Below, piece after piece: positions 28,293 to 40,721 of a DNA stretch of 64,000 nt; the first letter of the stretch is position 1; every line of letters starts with the position of its first letter. Origin of the DNA: Candidatus Latescibacterota bacterium (GTDB lineage: Bacteria; Latescibacterota; UBA2968; UBA8231). Made by a program: the position numbers and the translations under genes. The notes beneath the pieces were generated by a model. It was not told where the DNA came from. It ran no database searches and saw only the letters and a list, made by a program, of their open reading frames with translations. Location of the stretch: NCBI GenBank assembly GCA_965261395.1, contig OZ253462.1, positions 4,064,001 to 4,128,000 on the forward strand. The letters are read 5' to 3'.

Positions 28293-31200
28293 ATGAGCGG
28301 GTGTGCAGTTAGTAACAGACTTAGTAACAGACTTGTTTTGAATAGATCGCTGTTCTGCCTGAGTATGCTCTTCCTGGCGGCTACCTTGGCGTTGGTCCCG
28401 GTGGCTAAAGCCCAGGATACACCGAGCTTTGACGGTGTGACGGTTGCCGATCAGATGTTCTCGGCCGGGGTGGCGATAGAGGCTCTGGAGTTGCCTGCGG
28501 CTACAGGTGGCAGCGGCGATTTGACGTATGATTTAAGGCCTGTGCCGCCGGGATTGGCATTCGATGCCGGGTCGCGGACGCTTTCGGGCACGCCTTCGGA
28601 CGTTGTCATCTTCCCGGAAAAGGTCTTTTTCTTGATGACCTACGAAGTGACGGATGACGATGGTGCTACGGCCATCTTGACATTCAATATTTCAGTAGAA
28701 GAGGAGGATGTAGCTCCGAGCTTTGACGGTGTGACGGTTGCCGATCAGATGTTCTCGGCCGGGGTGGCGATAGAGGCTCTGGAGTTGCCTGCGGCTTCGA
28801 GTGGTAACGGCGATTTGACGTATGATTTAAGGCCTGTGCCGCCGGGATTGGCATTCGATGCCGCGTCTCGGACGCTTTCGGGCACGCCTTCGGAAGTGGC
28901 TATTTCCTTGATGACTTACGAGGTGACGGATGCCGACGGCGATACGGCCACGTTGACATTCGAGATAGAAGTCGATACGATGCCGAGCTTTGACGGGGCG
29001 ACGGTTGCCGATCAATCGTACCGGACAGGCGAGGAAATAGGAGTTCTGGGATTACCTGTCGCTTCGAGTGGCGACGGCCCGCTGGTGTATAGCTTGTCGC
29101 CGGAGGTTCCAGGTCTGACGTTCGATGCTGGGTCGCGGACGTTTTCGGGCACGCCGACCGTAGCCGGGACGTATGAACTGACCTACCGGGTAGAAGATTC
29201 CGATACCAATGTGGAGGAGAGCGACGCGGAGGAATTGACCTTTACGGTCTATGTAGAGCTGACCTTCGCGGCGGTCGCTGCGCGTCAAACAACCTTTACT
29301 GCAGGCGAAGAGATAAAACAGCCTTGGGAGTTGCCAATAGGTCGGTCCACCGACGCTCTGACGTATAGCTTAGATGGGGAGTTGCCTCCGGGTCTGGTGT
29401 TTGATGCCGAGGCTCGGACGATTTCGGGTATGCCTCCGGCTGATGTGTTGTATGCCGAGGGCTATCCGTTCACGTATCGGGCGGTGGATTCCGATGGCGA
29501 TTCGGCTGAGTTGACCTTCACGATAGTGGTGCATGGTATGCCCAGCTTCGGCGCTCAGGTCGTAGCAGACCAGCTGTACACGGCGGGCAATGAGGTGAGC
29601 TTAGGTCTGCCAGAGGCAGCAGGTGGGAATGTAGCGTTGACGTATACCTTGGAGGGGGAGTTGCCTGCGGGTCTATCGTTTGATGGCGTGGCTCGGACGA
29701 TTTCAGGTGCGCCGCCGACGGATGTGACGTATGCCGAGGGCTATGCGTTGACGTATCGGGTGGCGGATGTCGATGGCGATGCTGTGACGTTGCGTTTCGC
29801 GATTCGGGTGAATGGTATACCCAGCTTCGTCCGGGAGGAGGAAGATCAGCTGTACACGGCGGGCGAGGCGGTGAGCTTAGAGTTGCCGGAGGCGGTCGGT
29901 GGGAATGTGGCGAGGACGTATCGCTTGGATGGGGAGTTGCCTGCGGGTCTGTCGTTTGATCCGGCGACTCGGACGATTTCGGGTACGCCGCCGGCGGATG
30001 CGTGGTATGCTTTTGAAGGGTATGCGTTGACGTATCGGGTGGCGGATGTCGATGGCGAAGAGCCGGCCCCGTTGGTGTTCACGATTCGGGTGGATGGTAT
30101 GCCCCGCTTCGACGAAACCGTGTCGAGTCAAATCACCTTTGCCGAAGGCCAGACGATAGATCCTTGGGTGTTGCCTTCGGCTTCGGGTGGCAACGGCCAG
30201 TTGACGTATGAGTTGGTCGGGGAGTTGCCGGAGGGTCTGACCTATGATGGCGCGACTCGGACGATTTCGGGTACGCTGTCGGCGGATGCGATGTATGCTG
30301 CTGAGAGCGATGGGTATGCGTTGAGGTATCAGGTGACGGATCAGGATGGCGATGCTCCCGACGCCTTGGAATTCACGATAGTGATACATGGTATGCCCAG
30401 CTTCGGCGCTCAGGTCGTAGCAGACCAAAGCTACGAAGCAGGCGGTGAGGAGACCTTAGCCTTGCCGGAGGCAGCAGGTGGGAATGGCGCGTTGACGTAT
30501 ACCTTGGAAGGGGAGTTGCCTGCGGGTCTGTCGTTTGATGGCGCGGCTCGGACGATTTCAGGTGCGCCGCCGACGGATGCGACGTATGCTGAGTCCTATG
30601 CGTTGACGTATCGGGTGGCGGATGTCGATGGCGATGCTGTGACGTTGCGTTTCGCGATTCGGGTGAATGGTATACCCAGCTTCGTCCGGGAGGAGGAAGA
30701 CCAGCTGTACACGGCGGGCGAGGCGGTGAGCTTAGAGTTGCCGGAGGCGGTCGGTGGGAATGTGGCGAGGACGTATCGCTTGGATGGGGAGTTGCCTGCG
30801 GGTCTGTCGTTTGATCCGGCGACTCGGACGATTTCGGGTACGCCGCCGGCGGATGCGTGGTATGCTTTTGAAGGGTATGCGTTGACGTATCGGGTGGCGG
30901 ATGTCGATGGCGAAGAGCCGGCCCCGTTGGTGTTCACGATTCGGGTGGATGGTATGCCCCGCTTCGACGAAACCGTGTCGAGTCAAATCACCTTTGCCGA
31001 AGGCCAGACGATAGATCCTTGGGTGTTGCCTTCGGCTTCGGGTGGCAACGGCCAGTTGACGTATGAGTTGGTCGGGGAGTTGCCGGAGGGTCTGACCTAT
31101 GATGGCGCGACTCGGACGATTTCGGGTACGCTGTCGGCGGATGCGATGTATGCTGCTGAGAGCGATGGGTATGCGTTGAGGTATCAGGTGACGGATCAGG

Positions 31201-34200
31201 ATGGCGATGCTCCCGACGCCTTGGAATTCACGATAGTGATACATGGTATGCCCAGCTTCGGCGCTCAGGTCGTAGCAGACCAAAGCTACGAAGCAGGCGG
31301 TGAGGAGACCTTAGCCTTGCCGGAGGCAGCAGGTGGGAATGGCGCGTTGACGTATACCTTGGAGGGGGAGTTGCCTGCGGGTCTATCGTTTGATGGCGTG
31401 GCTCGGACGATTTCAGGTGCGCCGCCGACGGATGTGACGTATGCCGAGGGCTATGCGTTGACGTATCGGGTGGCGGATGTCGATGGCGATGCTGTGACGT
31501 TGCGTTTCGCGATTCGGGTGAATGGTATACCCAGCTTCGTCCGGGAGGAGGAAGATCAGCTGTACACGGCGGGCGAGGCGGTGAGCTTAGAGTTGCCGGA
31601 GGCGGTCGGTGGGAATGTGGCGAGGACGTATCGCTTGGATGGGGAGTTGCCTGCGGGTCTGTCGTTTGATCCGGCGACTCGGACGATTTCGGGTACGCCG
31701 CCGGCGGATGCGTGGTATGCTTTTGAAGGGTATGCGTTGACGTATCGGGTGGCGGATGTCGATGGCGAAGAGCCGGCCCCGTTGGTGTTCACGATTCGGG
31801 TGGATGGTATGCCCCGCTTCGACGAAACCGTGTCGAGTCAAATCACCTTTGCCGAAGGCCAGACGATAGATCCTTGGGTGTTGCCTTCGGCTTCGGGTGG
31901 CAACGGCCAGTTGACGTATGAGTTGGTCGGGGAGTTGCCGGAGGGTCTGACCTATGATGGCGCGACTCGGACGATTTCGGGTACGCTGTCGGCGGATGCG
32001 ATGTATGCTGCTGAGAGCGATGGGTATGCGTTGAGGTATCAGGTGACGGATCAGGATGGCGATGCTCCCGACGCCTTGGAATTCACGATAGTGATACATG
32101 GTATGCCCAGCTTCGGCGCTCAGGTCGTAGCAGACCAAAGCTACGAAGCAGGCGGTGAGGAGACCTTAGCCTTGCCGGAGGCAGCAGGTGGGAATGGCGC
32201 GTTGACGTATACCTTGGAAGGGGAGTTGCCTGCGGGTCTGTCGTTTGATGGCGCGGCTCGGACGATTTCAGGTGCGCCGCCGACGGATGCGACGTATGCT
32301 GAGTCCTATGCGTTGACGTATCGGGTGGCGGATGTCGATGGCGATGCTGTGACGTTGCGTTTCGCGATTCGGGTGAATGGTATACCCAGCTTCGTCCGGG
32401 AGGAGGAAGACCAGCTGTACACGGCGGGCGAGGCGGTGAGCTTAGAGTTGCCGGAGGCGGTCGGTGGGAATGTGGCGAGGACGTATCGCTTGGATGGGGA
32501 GTTGCCTGCGGGTCTGTCGTTTGATCCGGCGACTCGGACGATTTCGGGTACGCCGCCGGCGGATGCGTGGTATGCTTTTGAAGGGTATGCGTTGACGTAT
32601 CGGGTGGCGGATGTCGATGGCGAAGAGCCGGCCCCGTTGGTGTTCACGATTCGGGTGGATGGTATGCCCCGCTTCGACGAAACCGTGTCGAGTCAAATCA
32701 CCTTTGCCGAAGGCCAGACGATAGATCCTTGGGTGTTGCCTTCGGCTTCGGGTGGCAACGGCCAGTTGACGTATGAGTTGGTCGGGGAGTTGCCGGAGGG
32801 TCTGACCTATGATGGCGCGACTCGGACGATTTCGGGTACGCTGTCGGCGGATGCGATGTATGCTGCTGAGAGCGATGGGTATGCGTTGAGGTATCAGGTG
32901 ACGGATCAGGATGGCGATGCTCCCGACGCCTTGGAATTCACGATAGTGATACATGGTATGCCCAGCTTCGGCGCTCAGGTCGTAGCAGACCAAAGCTACG
33001 AAGCAGGCGGTGAGGAGACCTTAGCCTTGCCGGAGGCAGCAGGTGGGAATGGCGCGTTGACGTATCGCTTGGATGGGGAGTTGCCTGCGGGTCTGTCGTT
33101 TGATGGCGCGGCTCGGACGATTTCAGGTACGCTGCCGGCCGATTACTTGTATGTTGCCGAGGGCTATGCGTTGACGTATCGGGTGACGGATGTCGATGGC
33201 GATGCTGTGACGTTGACCTTCACGATTGCGGTGAATGGCATACCTAGCTTCGGCGATCAGGTCGTAGAAGACCAGCTGTACACGGCGGGCGAGGCGGTGA
33301 GCTTAGAGTTGCCGGAGGCGGTCGGTGGGAATGTGGCGTTGACGTATTTCTTGGATGGGGAGTTGCCTCCGGGGCTGGCGTTTAATGCCACGTCTCGGAC
33401 GATTTCGGGTGAGTTGTCGCCTAATGTGTCGTATTCTCCCGAAGGGTATGCGTTGACGTATCGGGTGGCGGATGTCGATGGCGAAGAGCCGGCCCCGTTG
33501 ACCTTCACGATTGCGGTGAATGGTATGCCCTTCTTTGAGGGAACTATTACGAATCAGAGAGTTCCTGAAGGGGAGGAGATGGCCCCGTTGGAGTTGCCTG
33601 CGTCTTTGGGCGGCAACGGTGAGTTGACGTATAGCTTGAATGAGGAGAATTTGCCTCCGGGTCTGGTGTTTGATGCCGAGGCTCGAACGATTTCGGGTAC
33701 GCCGGAGCTTAATGTGTCGCATCCTGCCGAGGGATATGCGTTGACGTATCGGGTGGAAGATGAAGATGGCGATTCGGCTGAGTTGCCCTTCTTCCTGACC
33801 GTCGACGGTACACCTACCTTTTTTGACGTGACCATTGAGGATCGAATCTTGCGTCAGAATGAGACGACGGATCCGTGGGAATTGCCAGCGGCTGCGGGCG
33901 GCAACGGCGACTTGACATATAGTTTAGATATGAATGTGCCGGGTCTGAGCTTCGACGCTGCGTCGCGGACGCTTTCGGGCACGCCGACGGACACTGGGGT
34001 GTATCGCTTGGTCTATCAGGTGGAGGATATTGATGGCGATTCGGCTGAGTTGACTTTTCACATAACGGTAGATGGCGCGCCCAGCTTTAGCGGGGACGTG
34101 GCCAACCAGACGTACATAGACGGCGAGGCGATTGAAGACTTGGTGTTGCCCTTGGCTTCGGGCGGCAACTTGCTCTCGCTAAATCCGGACGGCGAGGCCG

Positions 34201-35786
34201 TGTTCGGCGAGTTGACGTATACCCTAGACAACGTGCCGCCGGGTCTGACGTTTGACCCCAACCCCATGTCGCCGATGCTTTCGGGCACACCGATGGAGGT
34301 CGGAACGTATACGTTGACGTATACGGCCCACGACGCCGACGACAATATGACTGCTGAGGATGCAGCTATCCTTAGCTTTGAGGTCCGAGTGGAAGAATCG
34401 GCTACGGACCGTTTTGCGGAGCTCAACGAACAGATCTTGTCCAAGTATGCATTGGCTATTGCCGATGGAACGAATCGCGCCATCGAAAATCGCCTTGAGC
34501 AGATGGACAGAGTCGGCGATGTGAATCGGTCTTTTAGCTTCGCCGCCGAGTCTACCCTCCACGACATGATTCAATCCGGCCGGATCTTTGAGAATCGCCC
34601 GGTCAATATGTCTCAGGTTGTGAATGGCTCGTCCTTCGCGGTGCCGTTTGGTTTTGGTAGAGGATGCATCCTTTGTCCCGGCAGTCCTACATTCTGGGGC
34701 CGGGGAGACTACGGCCAAATGTCTAGCGACGACGGTTCGCTGGATTGGGAGGGCAACCTAACCCGTGCTCAGATCGGTTTGGACGCCCGGCCAGGTGCCG
34801 AGATGCTAACCGGTTTGGCGCTATCTTGGGCCCAAGGATCGTTCGATTATTCCGCCCCGTTGCTCGGCGAAGAGCGGGTCGACGGTACCTATGAGACTCG
34901 CATGTTGAGCCTGCATCCGTACGTCGGGTTCTCGCCAGGGCGGTTGGGGGTATGGTTGACGGCGGGCTTAGGGCGCGGCAACCTCGATATTGACGACGAG
35001 CAGGGAACCGTAGGCCAGCAGTCGAGCGATACGTCGCTGCGGACTGGAAGTGTAGGGGCTAGCGGTGACTTGCTTGCCAGCGGGCCGACTCAGTTGCGGA
35101 TCAAGGCTGCGGCTACAGTAGCCCAAGTCGAAGTCGAGGGTGGAGGCCGAATTGACGAACAGACGGTGAGTGCTAACCGCTTGAGGCTGGCTCTCAAAGG
35201 CTCCCATGCTTACGAAGCGGGTATGGATGGGCAGGTAACCCCCGAGATAGAGGTTGCTCTGCGCCAAGATGGCGGCGACGGACAGACCGGGGCCGGCGTA
35301 GAAGTTGGCGGTGGTCTGCGCTATGAGGGGGGGGGCTTCACGCTGGAAGCTATGGCGCGGAGTCTGGTAAGTGACGGCGACGACAGCGTCGAGTACAAAG
35401 AATGGGGGGCGCATCTGCTGCTTCAGCGCTCGGCTGGCACCGGTGGTCGGGGGCTGTCGATGCGGGTGATGCCGACCTACGGCACGCAGGCGAACAGCCT
35501 GACGCTGTGGGAGCGCAGCGTAGCCGAGATCGCGGACCGGGGTGCTGTGAACGCGCAAGGTCAGCTCAGAGCCGAGGTCGGCTACGGTTTAGCCGCGCCC
35601 GGCGGTCTGGGAGTGTACACTGTGTACAGCGGAATGACCCAAGCGCCGGAGCGAATGCAATTGCGCTTAGGTACGCGCCTTGAGGTGGATTCGTCGATGT
35701 CAGTGAGCCTTGAGAGCACGCGCTGGCAGCGCATAGCCGGTGCCGCTGAGCACGGACTCCTGTTGCGTGGGCGTCTGGTCTTTTAA
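28293..35786 (+). CDS. Giant autotransporter adhesin with 21 putative Ig (He_PIG-like) repeats
   Basis: Signal peptide, 21 copies of LP.GL.FD..RT[IL]SG motif, C-terminal beta-barrel-like domain ending in F. Confidence 0.85.
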   Translation: MSGCAVSNRLSNRLVLNRSLFCLSMLFLAATLALVPVAKAQDTPSFDGVTVADQMFSAGVAIEALELPAATGGSGDLTYDLRPVPPGLAFDAGSRTLSGTPSDVVIFPEKVFFLMTYEVTDDDGATAILTFNISVEEEDVAPSFDGVTVADQMFSAGVAIEALELPAASSGNGDLTYDLRPVPPGLAFDAASRTLSGTPSEVAISLMTYEVTDADGDTATLTFEIEVDTMPSFDGATVADQSYRTGEEIGVLGLPVASSGDGPLVYSLSPEVPGLTFDAGSRTFSGTPTVAGTYELTYRVEDSDTNVEESDAEELTFTVYVELTFAAVAARQTTFTAGEEIKQPWELPIGRSTDALTYSLDGELPPGLVFDAEARTISGMPPADVLYAEGYPFTYRAVDSDGDSAELTFTIVVHGMPSFGAQVVADQLYTAGNEVSLGLPEAAGGNVALTYTLEGELPAGLSFDGVARTISGAPPTDVTYAEGYALTYRVADVDGDAVTLRFAIRVNGIPSFVREEEDQLYTAGEAVSLELPEAVGGNVARTYRLDGELPAGLSFDPATRTISGTPPADAWYAFEGYALTYRVADVDGEEPAPLVFTIRVDGMPRFDETVSSQITFAEGQTIDPWVLPSASGGNGQLTYELVGELPEGLTYDGATRTISGTLSADAMYAAESDGYALRYQVTDQDGDAPDALEFTIVIHGMPSFGAQVVADQSYEAGGEETLALPEAAGGNGALTYTLEGELPAGLSFDGAARTISGAPPTDATYAESYALTYRVADVDGDAVTLRFAIRVNGIPSFVREEEDQLYTAGEAVSLELPEAVGGNVARTYRLDGELPAGLSFDPATRTISGTPPADAWYAFEGYALTYRVADVDGEEPAPLVFTIRVDGMPRFDETVSSQITFAEGQTIDPWVLPSASGGNGQLTYELVGELPEGLTYDGATRTISGTLSADAMYAAESDGYALRYQVTDQDGDAPDALEFTIVIHGMPSFGAQVVADQSYEAGGEETLALPEAAGGNGALTYTLEGELPAGLSFDGVARTISGAPPTDVTYAEGYALTYRVADVDGDAVTLRFAIRVNGIPSFVREEEDQLYTAGEAVSLELPEAVGGNVARTYRLDGELPAGLSFDPATRTISGTPPADAWYAFEGYALTYRVADVDGEEPAPLVFTIRVDGMPRFDETVSSQITFAEGQTIDPWVLPSASGGNGQLTYELVGELPEGLTYDGATRTISGTLSADAMYAAESDGYALRYQVTDQDGDAPDALEFTIVIHGMPSFGAQVVADQSYEAGGEETLALPEAAGGNGALTYTLEGELPAGLSFDGAARTISGAPPTDATYAESYALTYRVADVDGDAVTLRFAIRVNGIPSFVREEEDQLYTAGEAVSLELPEAVGGNVARTYRLDGELPAGLSFDPATRTISGTPPADAWYAFEGYALTYRVADVDGEEPAPLVFTIRVDGMPRFDETVSSQITFAEGQTIDPWVLPSASGGNGQLTYELVGELPEGLTYDGATRTISGTLSADAMYAAESDGYALRYQVTDQDGDAPDALEFTIVIHGMPSFGAQVVADQSYEAGGEETLALPEAAGGNGALTYRLDGELPAGLSFDGAARTISGTLPADYLYVAEGYALTYRVTDVDGDAVTLTFTIAVNGIPSFGDQVVEDQLYTAGEAVSLELPEAVGGNVALTYFLDGELPPGLAFNATSRTISGELSPNVSYSPEGYALTYRVADVDGEEPAPLTFTIAVNGMPFFEGTITNQRVPEGEEMAPLELPASLGGNGELTYSLNEENLPPGLVFDAEARTISGTPELNVSHPAEGYALTYRVEDEDGDSAELPFFLTVDGTPTFFDVTIEDRILRQNETTDPWELPAAAGGNGDLTYSLDMNVPGLSFDAASRTLSGTPTDTGVYRLVYQVEDIDGDSAELTFHITVDGAPSFSGDVANQTYIDGEAIEDLVLPLASGGNLLSLNPDGEAVFGELTYTLDNVPPGLTFDPNPMSPMLSGTPMEVGTYTLTYTAHDADDNMTAEDAAILSFEVRVEESATDRFAELNEQILSKYALAIADGTNRAIENRLEQMDRVGDVNRSFSFAAESTLHDMIQSGRIFENRPVNMSQVVNGSSFAVPFGFGRGCILCPGSPTFWGRGDYGQMSSDDGSLDWEGNLTRAQIGLDARPGAEMLTGLALSWAQGSFDYSAPLLGEERVDGTYETRMLSLHPYVGFSPGRLGVWLTAGLGRGNLDIDDEQGTVGQQSSDTSLRTGSVGASGDLLASGPTQLRIKAAATVAQVEVEGGGRIDEQTVSANRLRLALKGSHAYEAGMDGQVTPEIEVALRQDGGDGQTGAGVEVGGGLRYEGGGFTLEAMARSLVSDGDDSVEYKEWGAHLLLQRSAGTGGRGLSMRVMPTYGTQANSLTLWERSVAEIADRGAVNAQGQLRAEVGYGLAAPGGLGVYTVYSGMTQAPERMQLRLGTRLEVDSSMSVSLESTRWQRIAGAAEHGLLLRGRLVF
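29634..33065 (+). repeat. Intragenic tandem array, 4 x 855 bp (2 x 1710 bp)
   Basis: Identical antisense ORFs recur every 855 bp; units 1=3 and 2=4 at diagnostic sites. Confidence 0.95.
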
Positions 35787-35801
35787 TTGATTCATATACA
35801 T

Positions 35802-35866
35802 GCAGCACAGGGTACGACACACGCTTCTGGAGCTAAGCTTTGGAAGCGTGTGTCGTGTCATGCTGC
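35802..35866 (+). terminator. Long hairpin after the autotransporter
   Basis: 14-bp perfect stem acgacacacgcttc/gaagcgtgtgtcgt with outer gcagca/tgctgc, then pyrimidine tract. Confidence 0.55.
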
Positions 35867-35885
35867 GGCCCGTCTTTTCTCTACT

Positions 35886-36488
35886 TTGCCTTCTCATCCC
35901 ACCTCACTTTCACAGCCGGGCGAATACATAACAATTGTGTCCGGTCTGCCTCGTTCTGGTACCTCGATGCTGATGAAGATGTTGGCTGCGGGCGGCTTGC
36001 CGCCTCTAACAGATGGCATTCGCGCGGCCGACGGCGACAATCTTGGGGGATACTACGAATTCGAAAAGGTCAAGCAGCTAGAACAAGACACCACATGGCT
36101 CGAATCGGCGAAGGGTAAAGCCGTCAAGATCATATCCCAATTGCTCGACCAATTGCCGCTCCACAAACCGTACAAAATCGTGTTTGCCCTGCGGAAAATG
36201 GACGAAATTTTGGCTTCGCAGCGGGCGATGTTGGCGCGGCGAGGACAGCCCTGTGACCGGGTTTCCGACGCTGAAATGGCCGCCGCCTTCGGTCGGCACT
36301 TGAGTGCAGTGCAACAGTGGTTGGCGGAGCACAAGCAAATGGAGGTGCTCTATGTCAACTACGCCGCTGTCTTGCGCGACCCGCTTGCTACAAGCCACGA
36401 GATCAAGACCTTTCTCGCCCTCCCCTTAGATGTGCGGCAAATGGCTAGCGTGGTAGACGAAAGCCTGTATCGCCAGCGCATATCCTGA
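35886..36488 (+). CDS. Sulfotransferase family protein
   Basis: [18 protein letters not shown]-binding motif; start uncertain. Confidence 0.75.
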   Translation: MPSHPTSLSQPGEYITIVSGLPRSGTSMLMKMLAAGGLPPLTDGIRAADGDNLGGYYEFEKVKQLEQDTTWLESAKGKAVKIISQLLDQLPLHKPYKIVFALRKMDEILASQRAMLARRGQPCDRVSDAEMAAAFGRHLSAVQQWLAEHKQMEVLYVNYAAVLRDPLATSHEIKTFLALPLDVRQMASVVDESLYRQRIS

Positions 36489-36532
36489 CTGCTTGCCGAG
36501 TCCTTCTCACTAACCTTACCGACCAAAACCGT

Positions 36533-38329
<1,797 letters not shown>

Positions 38330-38388
38330 TACACGCGCAAGAGGCGTACTTGCCGACTCTGCGCACCCTAATCCCGAAAAAGTAAATA

Positions 38389-39516
38389 ATGGCGTTGGGT
38401 CTCTATATCCACGTACCGTTTTGCCCCCAACGCTGCCCCTACTGCGCCTTTGCTACGGTCGTCGGCCAAGGGGATCGCCACGGCCCATATGCCGAGGCGA
38501 TCTGCCGCGAAATAGAGTCTTGGGCTCATTTGTCGTGGCCGGTGGATACTGTGTTCTTGGGCGGGGGGACCCCCAGCCAAGTTGAGCCAGCGCTAATTGG
38601 GCAGATGCTCGAGGCGGCTCAGCGTCATTTGGGGCTACACTCAGACGCGGAAATTGCAGTCGAAGTCAACCCGGGGACCGTTGACCGCGAGAAATTTGCA
38701 GCGCTAAAGGCTCTGGGGTGCAACCGCATAAGCATTGGCGCGCAGGCTTTTCGCGATGCCGATTTGCGGCACTTAGGCCGACAGCATAGCGCGGCCGATG
38801 TCGAAAGGGCGTATGCAGCGGCCAGAGCGGTCGGTTTTGCCAATGTGAGCTTGGATTTGGTGGCTAATGTACCTGGAGTCTCAGAGGCCAATTGGCACTT
38901 TAGCGTCGAGCGGGCTATCGCCTTGGCCCCAGAGCACCTTTCGGTCTATAGCCTCACCATTGAAGCAGGCACGATCTTCGCCCAGCGACAGCGTCAGGGG
39001 CTGCTGGAACCCGTCGCGGATGACGGGCAGGCTTGCACCTTGGAATGGACCGACGCATGGCTGGTGGCGGCTGGCTATGAACACTACGAGGTTTCAAACT
39101 ACGCCCGCCTTGGGTACCGTTCGCGCCACAACTGGGGCTACTGGACAGGTGTTCCTTACTTAGGCGTTGGGCTCGGGGCCCATAGCTTCATCGGTGGGAA
39201 GCGATTTTGGAATACACGTGAGCTTAATGCCTATCTCGACGCTATGGACCAAGGCCGGTCACCGTGCGCAGGGGAGGAGACCATAGCCCCGGACACGGCC
39301 CGTAGGGAACGTCTATGGTTGGGTTTGCGCACCATCGAGGGAATTGAGTTGACCGAGGAAGAGGTCGGTCGTGTGCAGAGCAGCAGGCGCTTTGCCGATT
39401 TGGCGAAAGTTGGGTACACCGTGCTCGAAGGCCAGAGATTGATCCTGACCCGATCGGGGTTTCTGCTCGCTGACGCCTTGTGCTTGGAGTTGGAGCGGGT
39501 CGTGGAAGATGGATAA
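38389..39516 (+). CDS. hemW: Radical SAM heme chaperone HemW
   Basis: LYIHVPFCPQRCPYC, GGGTPS, YEVSNY, SRHNWGYW. Confidence 0.9.
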   Translation: MALGLYIHVPFCPQRCPYCAFATVVGQGDRHGPYAEAICREIESWAHLSWPVDTVFLGGGTPSQVEPALIGQMLEAAQRHLGLHSDAEIAVEVNPGTVDREKFAALKALGCNRISIGAQAFRDADLRHLGRQHSAADVERAYAAARAVGFANVSLDLVANVPGVSEANWHFSVERAIALAPEHLSVYSLTIEAGTIFAQRQRQGLLEPVADDGQACTLEWTDAWLVAAGYEHYEVSNYARLGYRSRHNWGYWTGVPYLGVGLGAHSFIGGKRFWNTRELNAYLDAMDQGRSPCAGEETIAPDTARRERLWLGLRTIEGIELTEEEVGRVQSSRRFADLAKVGYTVLEGQRLILTRSGFLLADALCLELERVVEDG

Positions 39517-39536
39517 TAGGACGCGTTTGGATCTTG

Positions 39537-39587
39537 CACAAACTATAAAAGGCCGTTCCCAAAGGGAACGGCCTTTTATAGTTTGTG
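39537..39587. terminator. Bidirectional terminator, 24-bp perfect inverted repeat
   Basis: cacaaactataaaaggccgttccc-aaa-gggaacggccttttatagtttgtg between convergent hemW and tRNA-Tyr. Confidence 0.85.
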
Positions 39588-39671
39588 GTGGGGGGAGCAG
39601 GATTTGAACCTGCGAAGGCATAAGCCAACAGATTTACAGTCTGCCCCGTTTGACCACTTCGGTATCCCCCC
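39586..39671 (-). tRNA. tRNA-Tyr (GTA)
   Basis: GGGGGGA/TCCCCCC acceptor stem, GTA anticodon, long variable arm, encoded CCA. Confidence 0.95.
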
Positions 39672-39680
39672 GGCGAATTT

Positions 39681-40529
39681 TCAGGTGCCGCTAGCTAGCG
39701 TTTTAAGCACTTGGTGCCGCGAAGGATGGCGCAGCTTGCTGAGCGCTCGCTCTTTGAGCTGGCGGATGCGCTCACGCGTGAGATTCATCATGTCGCCGAT
39801 TTCCTCGAGCGTCAGGGCCTCGTTGCCGTCGAGGCCAAAATAGAGCCTGATAATGCGCAATTCGCGCTCCTCGAGGGTTTCCAAGGCTGTCTCGAGCTGC
39901 TCCCGTGCCGATTCGCTCAAGATGTCGGCGTCGGGGGCTGCGGCCGTGTTGTCGGCTAAGGTGTTGAGCAGGCTGCGCTCGTCGTCGTCGGTGAAGGACT
40001 CGTCGAGCGAACACACGGCGCGGGCGCTGAGGATGGTCTCTAGAACCTCTTCGGCTGGGACTTCGAGTTCAGCGGCGATTTCCTCTATGTCAGGCTCACT
40101 AGCGCGATGTTGGCCCAATTTGCGCGAGGCTTTGGAAATATCCTTGAGTAAGCTGACTTTGTTGAGAGGAAGGCGCACGGTGCGCACGTGCTCGGCGAGG
40201 GTTTGGAGAATGGACTGACGGATCCACCAAACAGCGTATGAAATGAACTTGTAGCCCTTGGTGCCGTCGAAGCGGTCGGCCGCCGTGATGAGGCCGAGAT
40301 TACCAGCGCTAATCAGGTCGGATAGGGACAAACCGCGATTTTGGTACTTCTTGGCTACATCGACGACAAACCGCAAGTTGGCACTGATCATTTCTTCACG
40401 AGCATGCATATCGCCATTTTTGATGCGATCGGCCAGTTCTACTTCGCGTTCTCTCGAAAGGGGCGTGGACTCAGCAATATCGTCGAAATAGAGCCGCAGG
40501 GTGTTTTCCTCGTCGTGCAGATTCTGCAT
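39681..40529 (-). CDS. RpoD/RpoS family sigma-70 factor (no region 1.1)
   Basis: ANLRFVV.VAKKY, KFISYAVWWIRQ, TLEEIG..LTRERIRQ. Confidence 0.92.
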   Translation of the reverse strand: MQNLHDEENTLRLYFDDIAESTPLSREREVELADRIKNGDMHAREEMISANLRFVVDVAKKYQNRGLSLSDLISAGNLGLITAADRFDGTKGYKFISYAVWWIRQSILQTLAEHVRTVRLPLNKVSLLKDISKASRKLGQHRASEPDIEEIAAELEVPAEEVLETILSARAVCSLDESFTDDDERSLLNTLADNTAAAPDADILSESAREQLETALETLEERELRIIRLYFGLDGNEALTLEEIGDMMNLTRERIRQLKERALSKLRHPSRHQVLKTLASGT

Positions 40530-40658
40530 AGAGCCTCTCATCTTTGACGTAAAAAGGGCTGCCTGAGCGGCAGGTCTTATCCCCTACGCCACAGCACCGA
40601 AATGCTCTCAGTGCAAATGGTGAGCGTAGCATAGCATAGTTATAGATGAAACTAACTG

Positions 40659-40687
40659 ATTATACATAAGGAGCCGCGCTGAGTCAA
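40659..40687 (-). promoter_or_regulatory. Near-consensus sigma-70 promoter for sigma factor and tRNA-Tyr
   Basis: TTGACT-17-TATAAT. Confidence 0.7.
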
Positions 40688-40721
40688 GTCGTTTGCAAGG
40701 GCATCTGCAGGCAGCCATGCC

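Noticed and set aside
29634-33065. CRISPR array or DGR template/variable repeat
   Set aside because: Repeats are in-frame coding units without spacers; differences are not adenine-specific; no cas or reverse transcriptase gene in window
29846-33835. Recurrent antisense ORFs (183, 113 and 78 aa) in the adhesin
   Set aside because: Shadows of the repetitive sense gene; recur at the 855-bp period; no SD or domain motifs
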